From NCBI GenBank assembly GCA_012295275.1, contig CM022670.1, positions 19,778,001 through 19,842,000 on the forward strand: a stretch of DNA of 64,000 nucleotides, read 5' to 3'. The position numbers were made by a program, and so were the translations under genes. Positions 12,414-24,847 of this stretch are shown here, piece by piece. The notes beneath the pieces were generated by a model. The model saw only the letters and a program-made list of their open reading frames with translations. It had not been told where the DNA came from and searched no databases. The stretch's first letter is position 1; every line of letters begins with the position of its first letter. Source of the DNA: Chrysomallon squamiferum (lineage: Eukaryota > Animalia > Mollusca).

Positions 12414-15400
12414 TCATATTTCAGGATTTCCCTCAGGATTAGGTCTTTCTGTAAAATATGATCTCCGATAGTCGAAAAATGCTTTTTCCTGACGAATCTT
12501 ATCAAAAGGTAGTAGTTCTATTCCACTTTGATGAAACAACTTTAAAGTGGATGCCACCAATCCAAAAGTGATTCCCAGTCCCCAACCCACTTTTTGGCTG
12601 TTAGCTGAAAGCAAAAAGATAATAAAAAATGTTTAGCGTAAACATACTTTTAAATGTTCATGTGATTTTTATATTAACATCTTTTAGCAAAACTAACGTT
12701 TATTAATAAAGGAATCAAAAAATAAAACATAAAAGATCTCACTTTCCTTTTAACTTACTCATCAGCTTTTGAATTTATATATATTAACAAAACTGATAGA
12801 CTGATACAAATATGATTAAACAAATAAATGTACAAAAAGTAAAAGTACAAGAACAAAAAAAATTAATATACTAATTTTAAATCAAGTGCTGAAACAGAAT
12901 TTCAAAATATTACTTTTACAAACAATAAATTTGGTTTTACTTACTTCTTGCACCAAATACGGCACCTGCAGCAAGTCCACCAAAGAAATGGTTGACAGGA
13001 TCATCCTTCTTTCTTAAACCTGCACAGATAACCACTCCAGACATGTATGCAGCACCAGCTCCAGCTGTATTTTTTTTTATAAAACAATGATGTATATTAT
13101 TGTCATTATTATTTTAGTTCTTATTTATTATGATCATCATGGTTACTGGTATTTGTCATTATCATCATTACTTATTTTCATAATTGTTATTAACACAGAT
13201 CTACAGAAGTCACATCACCTATTGCAAAATGTAAGTGTGATAAATATTAATAGTACAAATTCATGAAAATAATTCAGAAATGACACACTGACTGTCTTTT
13301 CTTACCAACTCATTACTCAGCCTATAGCATTATTGTGTATGAAATACTGTTTGCAACCTCTTCAAAATATAAAACAAATGTCATGTATGTCATTCATTAA
13401 ATGCTGGAAAAAATGTCTTATACTATTAATGCAAGTAATACTGACTTGCATTTTTGTTTGCATTATAACACTTTTTTATAATTAATATTTACCTTACAAA
13501 TAATTCTTGTTTATTATATAAAGACATATAGCAAAATAAAAAAAAAAAAAAAAATAACAGCCTTTATCCACCTTTTCTACAAATCTGTTTGCATACTAGT
13601 TACATACCCATCAATGTGGTATGACTGGCCCATATCTTGGCTGATCCAATCAGTGAATTTGGTCTTGAGTAACCAACTGAATCATACACAGAGATAACGG
13701 AACCTGTCAATAAATTAACAGTTGATAGCAAATGTCTTAACAATCTACAAATAAATAAATAAATAAATACAAATTTTAAATATTTAAAAAAGTCTTATCT
13801 TCTTTATCCACTAACCAAATAAAGCTGTTAAATAAAAATTCCAGTGAGTAAAAGGGTAAAGTTTTAAAACTACTAATTAATGGTTGAATTAATTAATCAA
13901 TTATTTAAAACATACTCCTAAATAAATATTTCAGACATAATATAATTTATATATATTATTATTTATTTGTTAGGTTATGGTACATATCATGTTGATTGCT
14001 TTATTTTCATAACCTAACAACTTTCTTTGTAGGTGGTCAAAATATGTCTAAACATAGAATAATATACAAGCTTTGTGAAACAGTCCTTTGCTGTTGTTAT
14101 TAAAATTATCCTCAAGTGTTGTTGTTATGACAACTGTTATATGCAGAATGTACTCTCCTATGGATATTGTGCTGACAAACTGCAAATGTACTGAGTGTTA
14201 GTAACTTAGTTAATTATTATATCTAATTGAATAAATAGAAAATATATTTTTTGTATTTAAATTAAGTTAAAGGTAAGAAAAAAATAACTCTGTTAATCCA
14301 GTCAAGCTGTTAAACTGTAATGATTAACAACTGAATCATTTAATCAACTACTGAATACTTGCTCCTGGATAAATAATCCAGAAATGTTTTGGTGTCAAAT
14401 TCCTCTGTACCAATGAAATTAAATTAAAATAATAAAAAAATATACATACTGATTTTATTTTCAAAACCTAATAAATATCTTTGCAGGTGGTCAAAATCTG
14501 TCTAATCATAGAAAAACATACACGCTGATGTCAGTAGTATTTTATACAGCTAATAAAAAGATGGTTTGGGAAATTATCAACTAGCGATGCATTCTTACCA
14601 AACTTGATTACAACCTGTTTCTGTCACATATCAAATTCATTTTTGATAATTAAAATGATTATGAAAATTGTTATTTTGTACTTTTTATCAACAGATTTAT
14701 ATTAATATATGTAAAATACTGAAAGAAACTTCATTTTGACAGTTAATGAATTTCACAGTATTCTTAAACTCTTATAGGATGGCATGAAAGTCAAATTTAA
14801 ATTTTTACCTCGATTGATTTAAGTATTTGTAAGTGTGAAAATAGTAGATATACAAGCAACTGCATTTAATTGGAGCAGAATATATTAATGATGTGTTCAG
14901 AACTTCAGTGTTAATACTCATTATACTATTTAATCTTTTAGGCTACTGTTATGTCTTAATTTATGACAGTTTACCATAACACCCTAATTTTTTCAATGAA
15001 TGTGAAATTAGTGTTTTAACATTATTATAATTAATACATAATAAAACAGAGAAATAACAGAATTTTTGAATATGTATTATTTCATGTAATTGTAACAATA
15101 ATTTGTTTATGATTTGTTATATATTCATAATATAGATTTTAATAAAACGTTCAATAAATCTACTATGAAGTTCTACTAAACGTATCATCATTGTTATATG
15201 TAGACTGTAAGTGTAATAAAAATTAAACAAATAATAAAATTATTCATTACTAATACTAATACAAGTATGAAGCAATAGTAATAGATAATAACTAATAATT
15301 ATAATTATACTAATTCAAGTTATAGTTATACTAATTCAAGTAATAGTAATAATAATTTTAAATTTAATATTAATAATAAGTAATATTAGTATTACCAATT

Positions 15401-15510
15401 AACGCGCCGTAAGCCGTGCCATAACAAACTTTTTTCAGACAGTCATCATAATCTGGTTTGTTGTAAATGCTGCACGATTTTCCTTTTTTCGAATAATTTA
15501 GGGATGCCAT
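12414..15510 (-). CDS. NDUFA11: NADH dehydrogenase (ubiquinone) 1 alpha subcomplex subunit 11 (Tim17/22/23 family), 173 aa
   Basis: Exons 15510-15396, 13703-13608, 13064-12945, 12604-12414 (TGA); GT-AG, 522 nt. Motifs YNKPDYDDCLKK, LRKKDDPVNHFFGGLAAGAVFGAR and FGLVASTLK match NDUFA11 as recalled (human YWDIPDGTDCHRK, REKPDDPLNYFLGG). Confidence 0.9.
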
Positions 15511-16484
15511 ATATAAATATTTTAAAATGACTTATGCAAGGATCAACAGCTCGAAGGCCATCGGAAGGGCATTGAAATAATGTACCGGTCTTTGACACTT
15601 GTTTTTGTGTAGCGTAACAATTTAGTGTAAATGGTCTGAAAAGCCGGATATGGATTTTGAGGTGAGTCAATGTTTGTGTGAAACTAGTCATTTTCTCATT
15701 GGTTCTAATAAGAAAGAAAATGTTGTAATTTCCAATTTTTTATCTTTTTATTACATCAGAATTACCAGTTTATATCTTAACGTTTATAGTTTTAAAAAAA
15801 CAGACCTCAAAGTCGAAAAATTAGTGGGAACGCAGGTTGTCAGCAAAAATTTAGATGTGGTAGGTAGCGATTTAACTTCGTTTCGACTGTTTGTTATTAC
15901 TGAATTTAGCTACTTTCGATTTTGTCACCTTTTGTTGTCGTTTGCACGTTTTCCGTTTAAGAAAAATATATTGACAGGCAGATAATTTCTCAGCAAAATA
16001 AGCCTAAGTATATTTATACTGGGTGCGTAAGAGAAACTTGTGTTTTTTTTTTTTTTTGTTGTTGTTGTTTGAAACGGTGAGTTTCGTAGTCACTCCGACT
16101 CACAGTCACAGTAAGTTGAGTAACACTAACTGTAGATAGTGGTTCTTGTTGTTGTTATTTTAGTCTTTACATACGCCTTCCTATTAAATTTGACATCAAA
16201 TAATTGTTGTTTTAGGGAGGAAAGAAAAATAACCGTTTTGAGGAATTTATTTGTATAAAATATTTAGGATTTTTAAAAATATTATTTGTATCATATGTTA
16301 AAAAATATATTTCCATAAAGTAATTGTTGCTTTTCTATGAATTACATTGAGGTTATATTAATAGTAATGGTATTACCATCTGAAAATATCATGTACATTA
16401 TAGCCTATTTATTATTTAATTAATATTTTAGTACTTTGATTTTTAAAGTTTGGTGTAAACTTACTCTTTATTTTTATCTTCTAG
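15511..16484. promoter_or_regulatory. Bidirectional promoter and 5'-UTR region shared by NDUFA11 (-) and SARAF (+)
   Basis: Start codons diverge about 1 kb apart (15510, 16515). CpGs are locally retained compared with flanking introns. Inverted CCAAT (ATTGG) near 15698. Plus-strand donors at 15662, 16077 and 16111 could join the acceptor at 16484. Confidence 0.7.
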
Positions 16485-16514
16485 TTGATTGGTGATTCAA
16501 CTGTACTACTGAAA

Positions 16515-19500
16515 ATGAAATGTCTGTTAGTTCTTTTGGGTCTTGTTGTATGTACAACAGGTAATTTAGGCTATATTAATCAGTTACACTTTGAATTAAT
16601 TAAAGATAAAACATTAATTCTGTGACATCTTAGCTGGAAATACCTCTGAGTATCCAACATATTTAATTGTAATGAATGTTAATGTTCAGAGTCTTTATCA
16701 ACAAAGAAAACAAACATAGAACTACAGTATACAGAGCTGTGAAGATATATTAATAGTCACTGAAAGATAAGATACAATTATTTTTTTATAAAGTGAAGTA
16801 AAAAATATATATATCTATATATATTCATTATATGTATTAATATTGGTTGGTAATGAATATTTCAAAGTTAACATTTAATTTGTAATTATGCTTTAATGAA
16901 CACACACACACACATTGTTTAAAGGCATCTACAACCAGGATAGAATTCGTCTAGAAGATCTCAAAGTTCTTACATTGTATAGTGACCGTGTGACCACTGG
17001 CCGAAGATCAAGTCCAGTACCACAGGTAAAGTTGAGTGTGTAAATATATATGTATACATAAAAAACCCACCAACATATATGCAGGTTATAACTGTAATAT
17101 GGATCTGTTCTCTTCTTTTACCAGAATGAAATACTTTTTTTTGCTCATAACTATTGCTGTATGAATTTCTCTCATTCAAACTAAATCAAAAAGAAAAAAT
17201 CATTCAAACTAAAATTAAATACATTTTTCCCTTCTGAGCTAATGTAACTTGAATTTTTTTTCTTTCAGTTGAAATGTGTAGGAGGAAGTGCTCAGAATGC
17301 TTACAGACCACTCACTGTGCAATGCTATAACAGAGGAAATGATGGCTATTCTACACAGGTTAATTTTATAGTAAATCTTTATACCCTGATATTTTCTAAT
17401 AAAAATTATTTAAACCATTTTATTATTTTTAATTTTTTTTATATATTTTTTTTAAAATATGTACTTGTAGTAGTACTGTTACCCTGTGTATATATAAATA
17501 CTTTTTAAAATAATTCTGAGAAACTTTTGTACATCAGCATTTGCAATAAAATGTATGACATTTTATAATTTATACATGTTTGTACAAAGCAGAAACCAAA
17601 AAGTAGGGTGCAGAGAATTTATTTTAAATTATATATTCCATTCAAAAACTATTAATATGTATCAACTGGAATCATTTCAAATTTTTTATATTTCAGATAA
17701 TTTCAGAAGTTTTTATGTGTAAAGCTTGGGTGTTATCTATATGTTTCTCTATGTTTTTATTTCAGTGGGAGTGCAAAACTGATATGGACAATGACTACCG
17801 TTTTGGTAAAGTGGAAGTGACATGTGAAGGTTACGACTACCCAGAGGACCCATATATACTGAGAGGATCATGTGGAGTAAGTCAAGAGTTATTTCCCTTA
17901 TGTGCTAGATCTCTAACGATTTATTTTTAATTAATTTTTATAAATTTTTTATTTTTTTTATCTTCTTAACTAAATTCATGAGTATTATTTTTAAAATTAC
18001 TGAGACCATTCAGTCTGAATGTTTAAATTTATATTTGTGACATATTAAACAATAGTGATTCTATAATTCTTTTTTTTAAATTTTCTTTTTTCCTTCATTT
18101 CTTCACTACTATTTTTATACATCATTTTACTTCCACATTTCTTGTTTTTATATGCAGATTCGTGTGTTTTCCTTTATACATATTAATAAAATATGTTTTA
18201 TTTATGTGTTACATGAGTCTGAATATACAGATATAAACTCATCCATTAATTTATTGTTTTTATAAAAATTATTTGATCAGTTGGAATACACTCTTGAGTA
18301 TACCAAGGAAGGTTACCATCGACAACAGAGTGGTTACCAAGGCAACAAGCATCATGGGTACCATCAAGATAAAAAAAATTACCAGAATTACTATCCTTCA
18401 GATCATCACAGGTAGAATTTGTTACAGAATATTAAGTAATTATCTGTGTTACAGCAATATTAGAATCTGGTGAAAGTTTAAAATGGTATTATATTATGGA
18501 GTTATTATAATTTATATATATAGTTGATGCAGAGGTATGTATAAGTAGTTTTTATATTCTAATTTCTGTGTTACCTTAAATGAAAAATTATTGACTGACC
18601 TTTTTCTTTTGTACAGAACATTAAAGATAAAGGAAATAAGAATTGTTTATTAAAAAAAGCACATTTTGTTTCATTTACTGATAATGTAGCTGTTTGTAAT
18701 TGTTTATTAATAATATTATAATACTGTATTTGTTTCTATTTATAAAAACTGTTTTATTTTATTTTTTTATTTTTTTGTTTCTGTAATAATTGTGAGAAAA
18801 AAACATGTTTTATATTTTAAAGTAAATTAAATTTATTTTAGTTTTAAATAAGCTAAGTTCAAATTTGAAACTAAACTACATTTTCATTTTAAAATAAACT
18901 AATTTTTAATTCAGCATTTCTGCTTTCAGCAATTTTGGAACATTGGTGATGCTTGGAATTGTTGGAGTGGTTATTTATGTCATCTATAAGACATGTCTGG
19001 CTAATAACCAGACACCTGATGGTGATGCCCCACCACCATACTCAGAGCATGACCATTTCAGACAGAGACCAGGAGCCCCACCCCCACCTGGGTTCAAACC
19101 AGACTTCACTTCAGGAACATATTCACAAGGTTAGTTTTTTATTTATTTTATATATCATCTTTTAATCTTTCTAACTGCATAAGTTAAATATATTATTTGC
19201 ACTTGTATTGATTTTCTCATTTTAATTAACATTGTTAATGCTATTCAAACACATATACCATTCAAAAGTCTTGTACTAAAAATATGTTTAATCTCAATCT
19301 AACACTAATAACCTTTTTTTATCAATCATTTAAGAGCAGCAGGATCTAATTTTAAATATTTTATATACTTTCCCATTCCAAATACCATGCTTATATCTGT
19401 CATTACCTCTAATATCTCACATTAAGAAGGTATCACAGTAAGTAAATATTCCTTTTCTTAGGTGCAAATGCCCCTCCTCCACCAGGGTTCAAACCAGACT

Positions 19501-21231
19501 TTATCCCAGGGACACAAACAGCAGGAGACCAAGGTTGGTCTATCGCTAACTAACAAATACCTTTTTTTCTTTATTCTTTATTTATTTTTATTTATTTTTT
19601 TACATTATGTTGATATAATTCCTAAGAAAAGTTAAATGCTGTGGTTTCAACATTAGAGATTGGTAGGTCTGAAACTCATTGATCAGGAGGTGAAGATCAG
19701 TCCAAGGATAACTAAGTCACACAAATAATATTGTTGTTAATCCTTAATCTTTAAAATTTCAGTTTAAGTTTTTTTAAATACAGTATTAATTAGCATAACC
19801 ATAAAATTCCTCTGCATCATATGTTAAGAGTGTTAGATCTGAGACGTAATTATCAGTAGGTCATGATCAGTCCCTGAATAAAAATCTACATCAGACAAAC
19901 TACATTGCTTCATTTAAGTTGAAAGCTCATCTTTATGAATACATCACAGTGTTATGTTAACAAATATTAAATATCCTCATTGTTTTTAAAAATTAAGTCT
20001 AAACATCAGGTCAAATTCACTCCATTGATACACAGGTCATTCCAGTGTATTTTAGTTAAAATCTAAATTGCATGAATGTAATACTTAACCTTAATCATTT
20101 TTCATGTGATATGACTACAAATGCTAGGACAGTCCAATAATAGTTGTGGATCACAGGCGTCTGCACAGCTTAAAAATGACAAGCTTGCTAATTCTTGGAG
20201 AAACATTGCTGGCGCAGAAACACAAGGAAACAGAACGCTTGATGATGTTCATGGCAGCATGCCCTACTAATTTTAAATATCTCCATAAAGATTATCTGTT
20301 GTCTTGACAATGAATTTTTTAAATATGTTTGTTTTATTTGTTTTTAAAATTATTTAACTTTTTTTTTGACATTATTAGACAAATCCAATTCACATTATGA
20401 AGTATCTCATTAAAGAAATCAATTTTTTTTAAATTACAGTTATAATCACCACAAAATATGCAATAATTTTGACAAATAATTCTGTCTGGAGTTAATTAAA
20501 AGTTTTTCATTAATACAAAAATTATAATGAAATTATTCAATTTTATTTAGTAAATTTAATTTAAAAAATTTCATAAAATTACATCAGGAACTGATGAATG
20601 AAATTCATTCATATATATATATATATATAAAATAAAGATCTGATTCATTACAGTTGCACATCAATAAACTGAAAATGGTCACATATAAAAAAACAAAACA
20701 ACATATTAAGAAATAACAGACATGATTTATCATGTGGAGAATTCTTTTCATACAAACTAAATTTTATTTCCTGTCCAGCATTTAGTATTTATTACTTCAA
20801 AGAGGCCTGCACACATTAAAAACAAGTAGTCCATTATCACTGAATGCTTGTTTTTTGTGGGATTTTATTTAATGACAATTTAGTTTTATTTCACAAAACT
20901 AAATAACTCATTTCTGTGGATCTTCTTTTCAGGAGCATGGTCATCTTCATCTACCGGAGCTTCTGCAGGGATGGGGACAGCACCTGCTGCAGGTGGGTTT
21001 TGGACAGGGGCTGCAACTGGGGGCATCTTAGGCTATCTGTTTGGTCGAAACAACTCAGGATACAGAACTGGTTATGATCACAGAACCTATCATGAAACTC
21101 CTTCATCTGGCAGGTCTTGGTTTTCTGGAAGCTCTGGTAGCACATGGGGCAGCAGTGGTAGCAGTGGCTTTGGTGGTGGCAGCAGTGGAACAAGAACTGC
21201 ATCAGGATTTGGAGGGACAAAAAGAAGATAA
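16515..21231 (+). CDS. SARAF: Store-operated calcium entry-associated regulatory factor (SARAF/TMEM66), ~354 aa
   Basis: Exons 16515-16560, 16925-17025, 17269-17358, 17766-17876, 18281-18411, 18915 (or 18930)-19129, 19462-19533, 20933-21231 (TAA); GT-AG and in frame. Motifs: signal peptide, LEDLKVLTL..TTGRRSSPVPQLKCVGG, QWECKTDMD, CEGYDYPEDPYILRGSCGLEYTL, one TM helix, PPPY, GGFWTGAATGGILGYLFG, C-terminal TRTASGFGGTKRR. Confidence 0.96.
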
Positions 21232-24200
21232 ACATTTTTGAGGATGCTAATGAATATTAATCTACATTAATAGTTATGTTGTCAATTTGCATTGATGCTT
21301 ATTTATGTTAATGTTGATTAATTTTAATTGGGTGTTTGTTAATGAATATTAATGTTATTTAATATCATTATCAGACATTAATGCCATTGTGTATTTGAAT
21401 GTGGTTGTACAGTTGGTTTTACAAATGTTTTCAAATCATTAATTCTATCTTGAGTTAATTAAAAGTGTTTCAATAATACAAGAATTAATCTAAAATGAAA
21501 TAATTCGATAATTTTAAGTAAATGTTTTATTTTTTATAAAATTACATCAGGAACTGATGAATAAAAGGAAAATTCATTCAGATACACATATTTTTCACTG
21601 TATTTCACACAAACTATAAATTTTCATCAATAATGGATTTTAACAATCCAGTTTTGAAAATTTATTAAAATTTTATGTGTGCATGTGATGGTGGGATACA
21701 TACTAAATACAGAAAGTACAAGTAGACTAAATATTCAGTCTCAACCCATATCAGATAAGCAAGTATAATTATTAATCTTCTGTTTTGTTTTTAATTTTGT
21801 TTATAAGACATAACATAAATATAAAAGAATAAATGGGCAGGTAGTACTTCTCTCATTGTTTTTGGCACAGATTGGTAGCTACAAGTAAATAGAAAAACTA
21901 TTGAAAATCTATAAAAAATGCATTTAGGCCTTTTATTCCTACAATCAAGGTACAAATTTATTCTGCAGGTGATGGCTTTTGAAAATGTTTTCTATTATCT
22001 TTTGTGATTATAGTGTGCTCTTTGCCTCTTTTTTGTCCTGTGAAAGGATTGATATTTTTTGATTAAATGTCTTACAAGTTTATTCCACAAAAATAGAGTG
22101 AAATACTCAATGGGTTATTAATTATTTGTCTGATTGATTGTCAGAGAAAAAAATTATATGTTGAGCACATGCCTACATGTATTTGTTGTTTCTGTTGTTG
22201 TTATTATTATAATAGAACTATTAAAATTATATTATTAGTATATTGTTACCAGCTGTTTAAGTATTACAGAACATCTTCCTTGCATCAGTAAATTTAATTG
22301 TATATTTTTAATAAAAGTAATCAAATTAAATACTTTGTTAGTACCACTGGAATAATCCTAACAGATTATACTTTATAATTATATACATATGTTTTAATTT
22401 TCTGTTTTGTTTGCAGTATTAATAGTTATGTTTTTTAGTATGTATTAAGCTGCAAATTTAATTTAAAAATATTTACATTATTGTTTTTAGTTTTTAGTTT
22501 TTCTCTTAAGTTGTTGTTTACCAGACATTTAATGAAAGTACTAGTGTCAGATATCTGAAAGATACAACAGCAAAATTATTGATGGGTGTGGTGTTATAAT
22601 CCTTCTGAAAACTTAATGTTTTGCTTCAATGTCCCAATACATATTTTTATTTTTAATTAATGGTACATATGTAATTAATGCTAATTTTCTGAGATTAATA
22701 CTCATGATTATCCATTTCTTAAATATGTTCTGAAAATATTAAAAATTATTCATTGCTTTTGTCTTTTTTTCTGTCAGAGTTAATAGGTTAAGTGGTTATG
22801 GTAGTTTCAGTTCAGCAAATCCAAATTATAACATCTTGTTTCTTCTAAAAGCTGGTATTCTGTGACTGGTTTATCAAAAGCTGAGGTTTATGTCGTCTTA
22901 TTTATGCAATGATGCTTGTGAAAGATGCCAAGCTACTCCAGATGTGTAACCCAAAAGTGACAGAAACAGATTTCTTATCAAATAATCATAAACATAAAAC
23001 TAGTTAAAATGTTAAGTATTCATTTGTTCTGAAGAAAACCCCCCAAAAAAACAACCTTGGGTACTAGCATGTGAATGATATGTATTTGGAATAAAAGTCT
23101 TTGATTAAAAAACAAAAACTCTTGGACTGTCATTAGTACAATTCACACCTTAACATTTAAGAATGTATATGTTTAAAAGAAAAAATAATCTCAATTCTGA
23201 AGATGGATATTAATTTGTAAATAAAACTTTATTACTATCACATAAAGAGAGTTGAAGAATTTTTTACTTTCAAAATCCAGGTGTAAACACATGGATTTCA
23301 GAAAATGTTTGTTACTAAATTTTATCTTATGACAATAAGCCAAAATTTACTACTATTTTTAAGATAGTTGTTGATTTTTTCATTGGAATTTGTGGAATTT
23401 TTACTAATATAGATTTTGTTCCCTGGGCAAAATATGAACATAGGAAGATTTTAACTGAAGAACATTGGTCTGGATGTACTAAACAACACATATTTTGGTA
23501 TTCACAGTTTTAATCTGATATTAACAAAAATACAACAGTAATGGAACTATGGCCCAGCAACACATTTTTAAAATATAGGCAAAACATGTTTCAGATTTTA
23601 TACAACAGTATTTACCTAAAAATACAAAGTCCACATTCATAAACATTATGACACCAACATTTTTATTTATACTGTCCACAATCAAAGAACGTTTTATGAA
23701 ACTAATATAAACACAAAAACTTTTGTCTTTAAATGACAGTCTACCTTCACACAAATAATCATTTATAAACACACACCCATTTATGTTTACTGTAAATTTT
23801 TATTTAATCACGCAAACACACATTTACATTTACTATTGACATTAATTTACAAATAAGTGTCACAGAAATTTCACTTTTTTTTATTTGTACATACCGGTGT
23901 AATAAACTGGCAATATAACAATATTTTAACGATAAAAAATTCAGTTAAAGAAGAAGACATTTTTGTCAGTAAGAACAAGGAACTTTCCAGTGTAAAAATC
24001 TGGATATTTACAGCTCAAGTTTATTTTCATTAATTATTTCTTGTATGTAAAGTAATGTATCTAAATGTTTTATTCACATACAAAAATTCATAAATAAGCT
24101 TTTCATTAACTAAGGGAGAAACCATTTGAAATTTTTCTGATAAAACTGAATAAATGTCTATTATAAATCAGATGAGAATTTTCCATATTAGATCTAAACT

Positions 24201-24847
24201 AAAAAATCTGAACTGTATTGAAAAAGTGATGACCAAAGGCTGCACTGACTACTTGTTCTAAATAACTGTGGCTAACAGAAGTGACCACTGTATCTTACCA
24301 GTGTTGGCAAACAGAAAGCACTGACCAATGCACTTACAGAAGTGACCATAGGACCAGCAGAAGCGACAACCTTAAGATTTTTAGAAGTTGTGACTAAATC
24401 ACTTAATCAGAGCAAACCAAAAAAAATTAAAACAGTAGAACCAATAAGCATCCTAGGCCTTTGGAAAAGATGTTGGTTGGTTGATTTTAGTTTTTGTTGT
24501 TGCTGTTTTTCATGTTACTACATTAACCACAAAAATTAAAAATTAAAAAAGAAACTGATGAAAATGAGGCTATCACATTAAACAAATTTTCTATTATTTC
24601 CCTAAATTCCAATTACCAGAATTTGACCAATAAACAAGTTTTGTTTAAGCATTGTAAGAGAGTTTGTTGTTTATTTTTTATACATAAAACTGCTTGTGAT
24701 AAAAAATAATATGTTGTTCATTTTCTACCACAATGCATAAAAGTAAAGAAATGAATGTCAATTAACTGTACAACATATCACAAGAAATTCCACTCTGGGA
24801 TGTCTGGAATACATTTTCTTTGTACAAAGTCATGGTGAGGATGAATA

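Noticed and set aside
16071-16110. Small hairpins GAAAC-GGTGA-GTTTC and GTGAGT..ACTCAC as an ncRNA
   Set aside because: Too short, with no tRNA, snoRNA or miRNA hallmarks.
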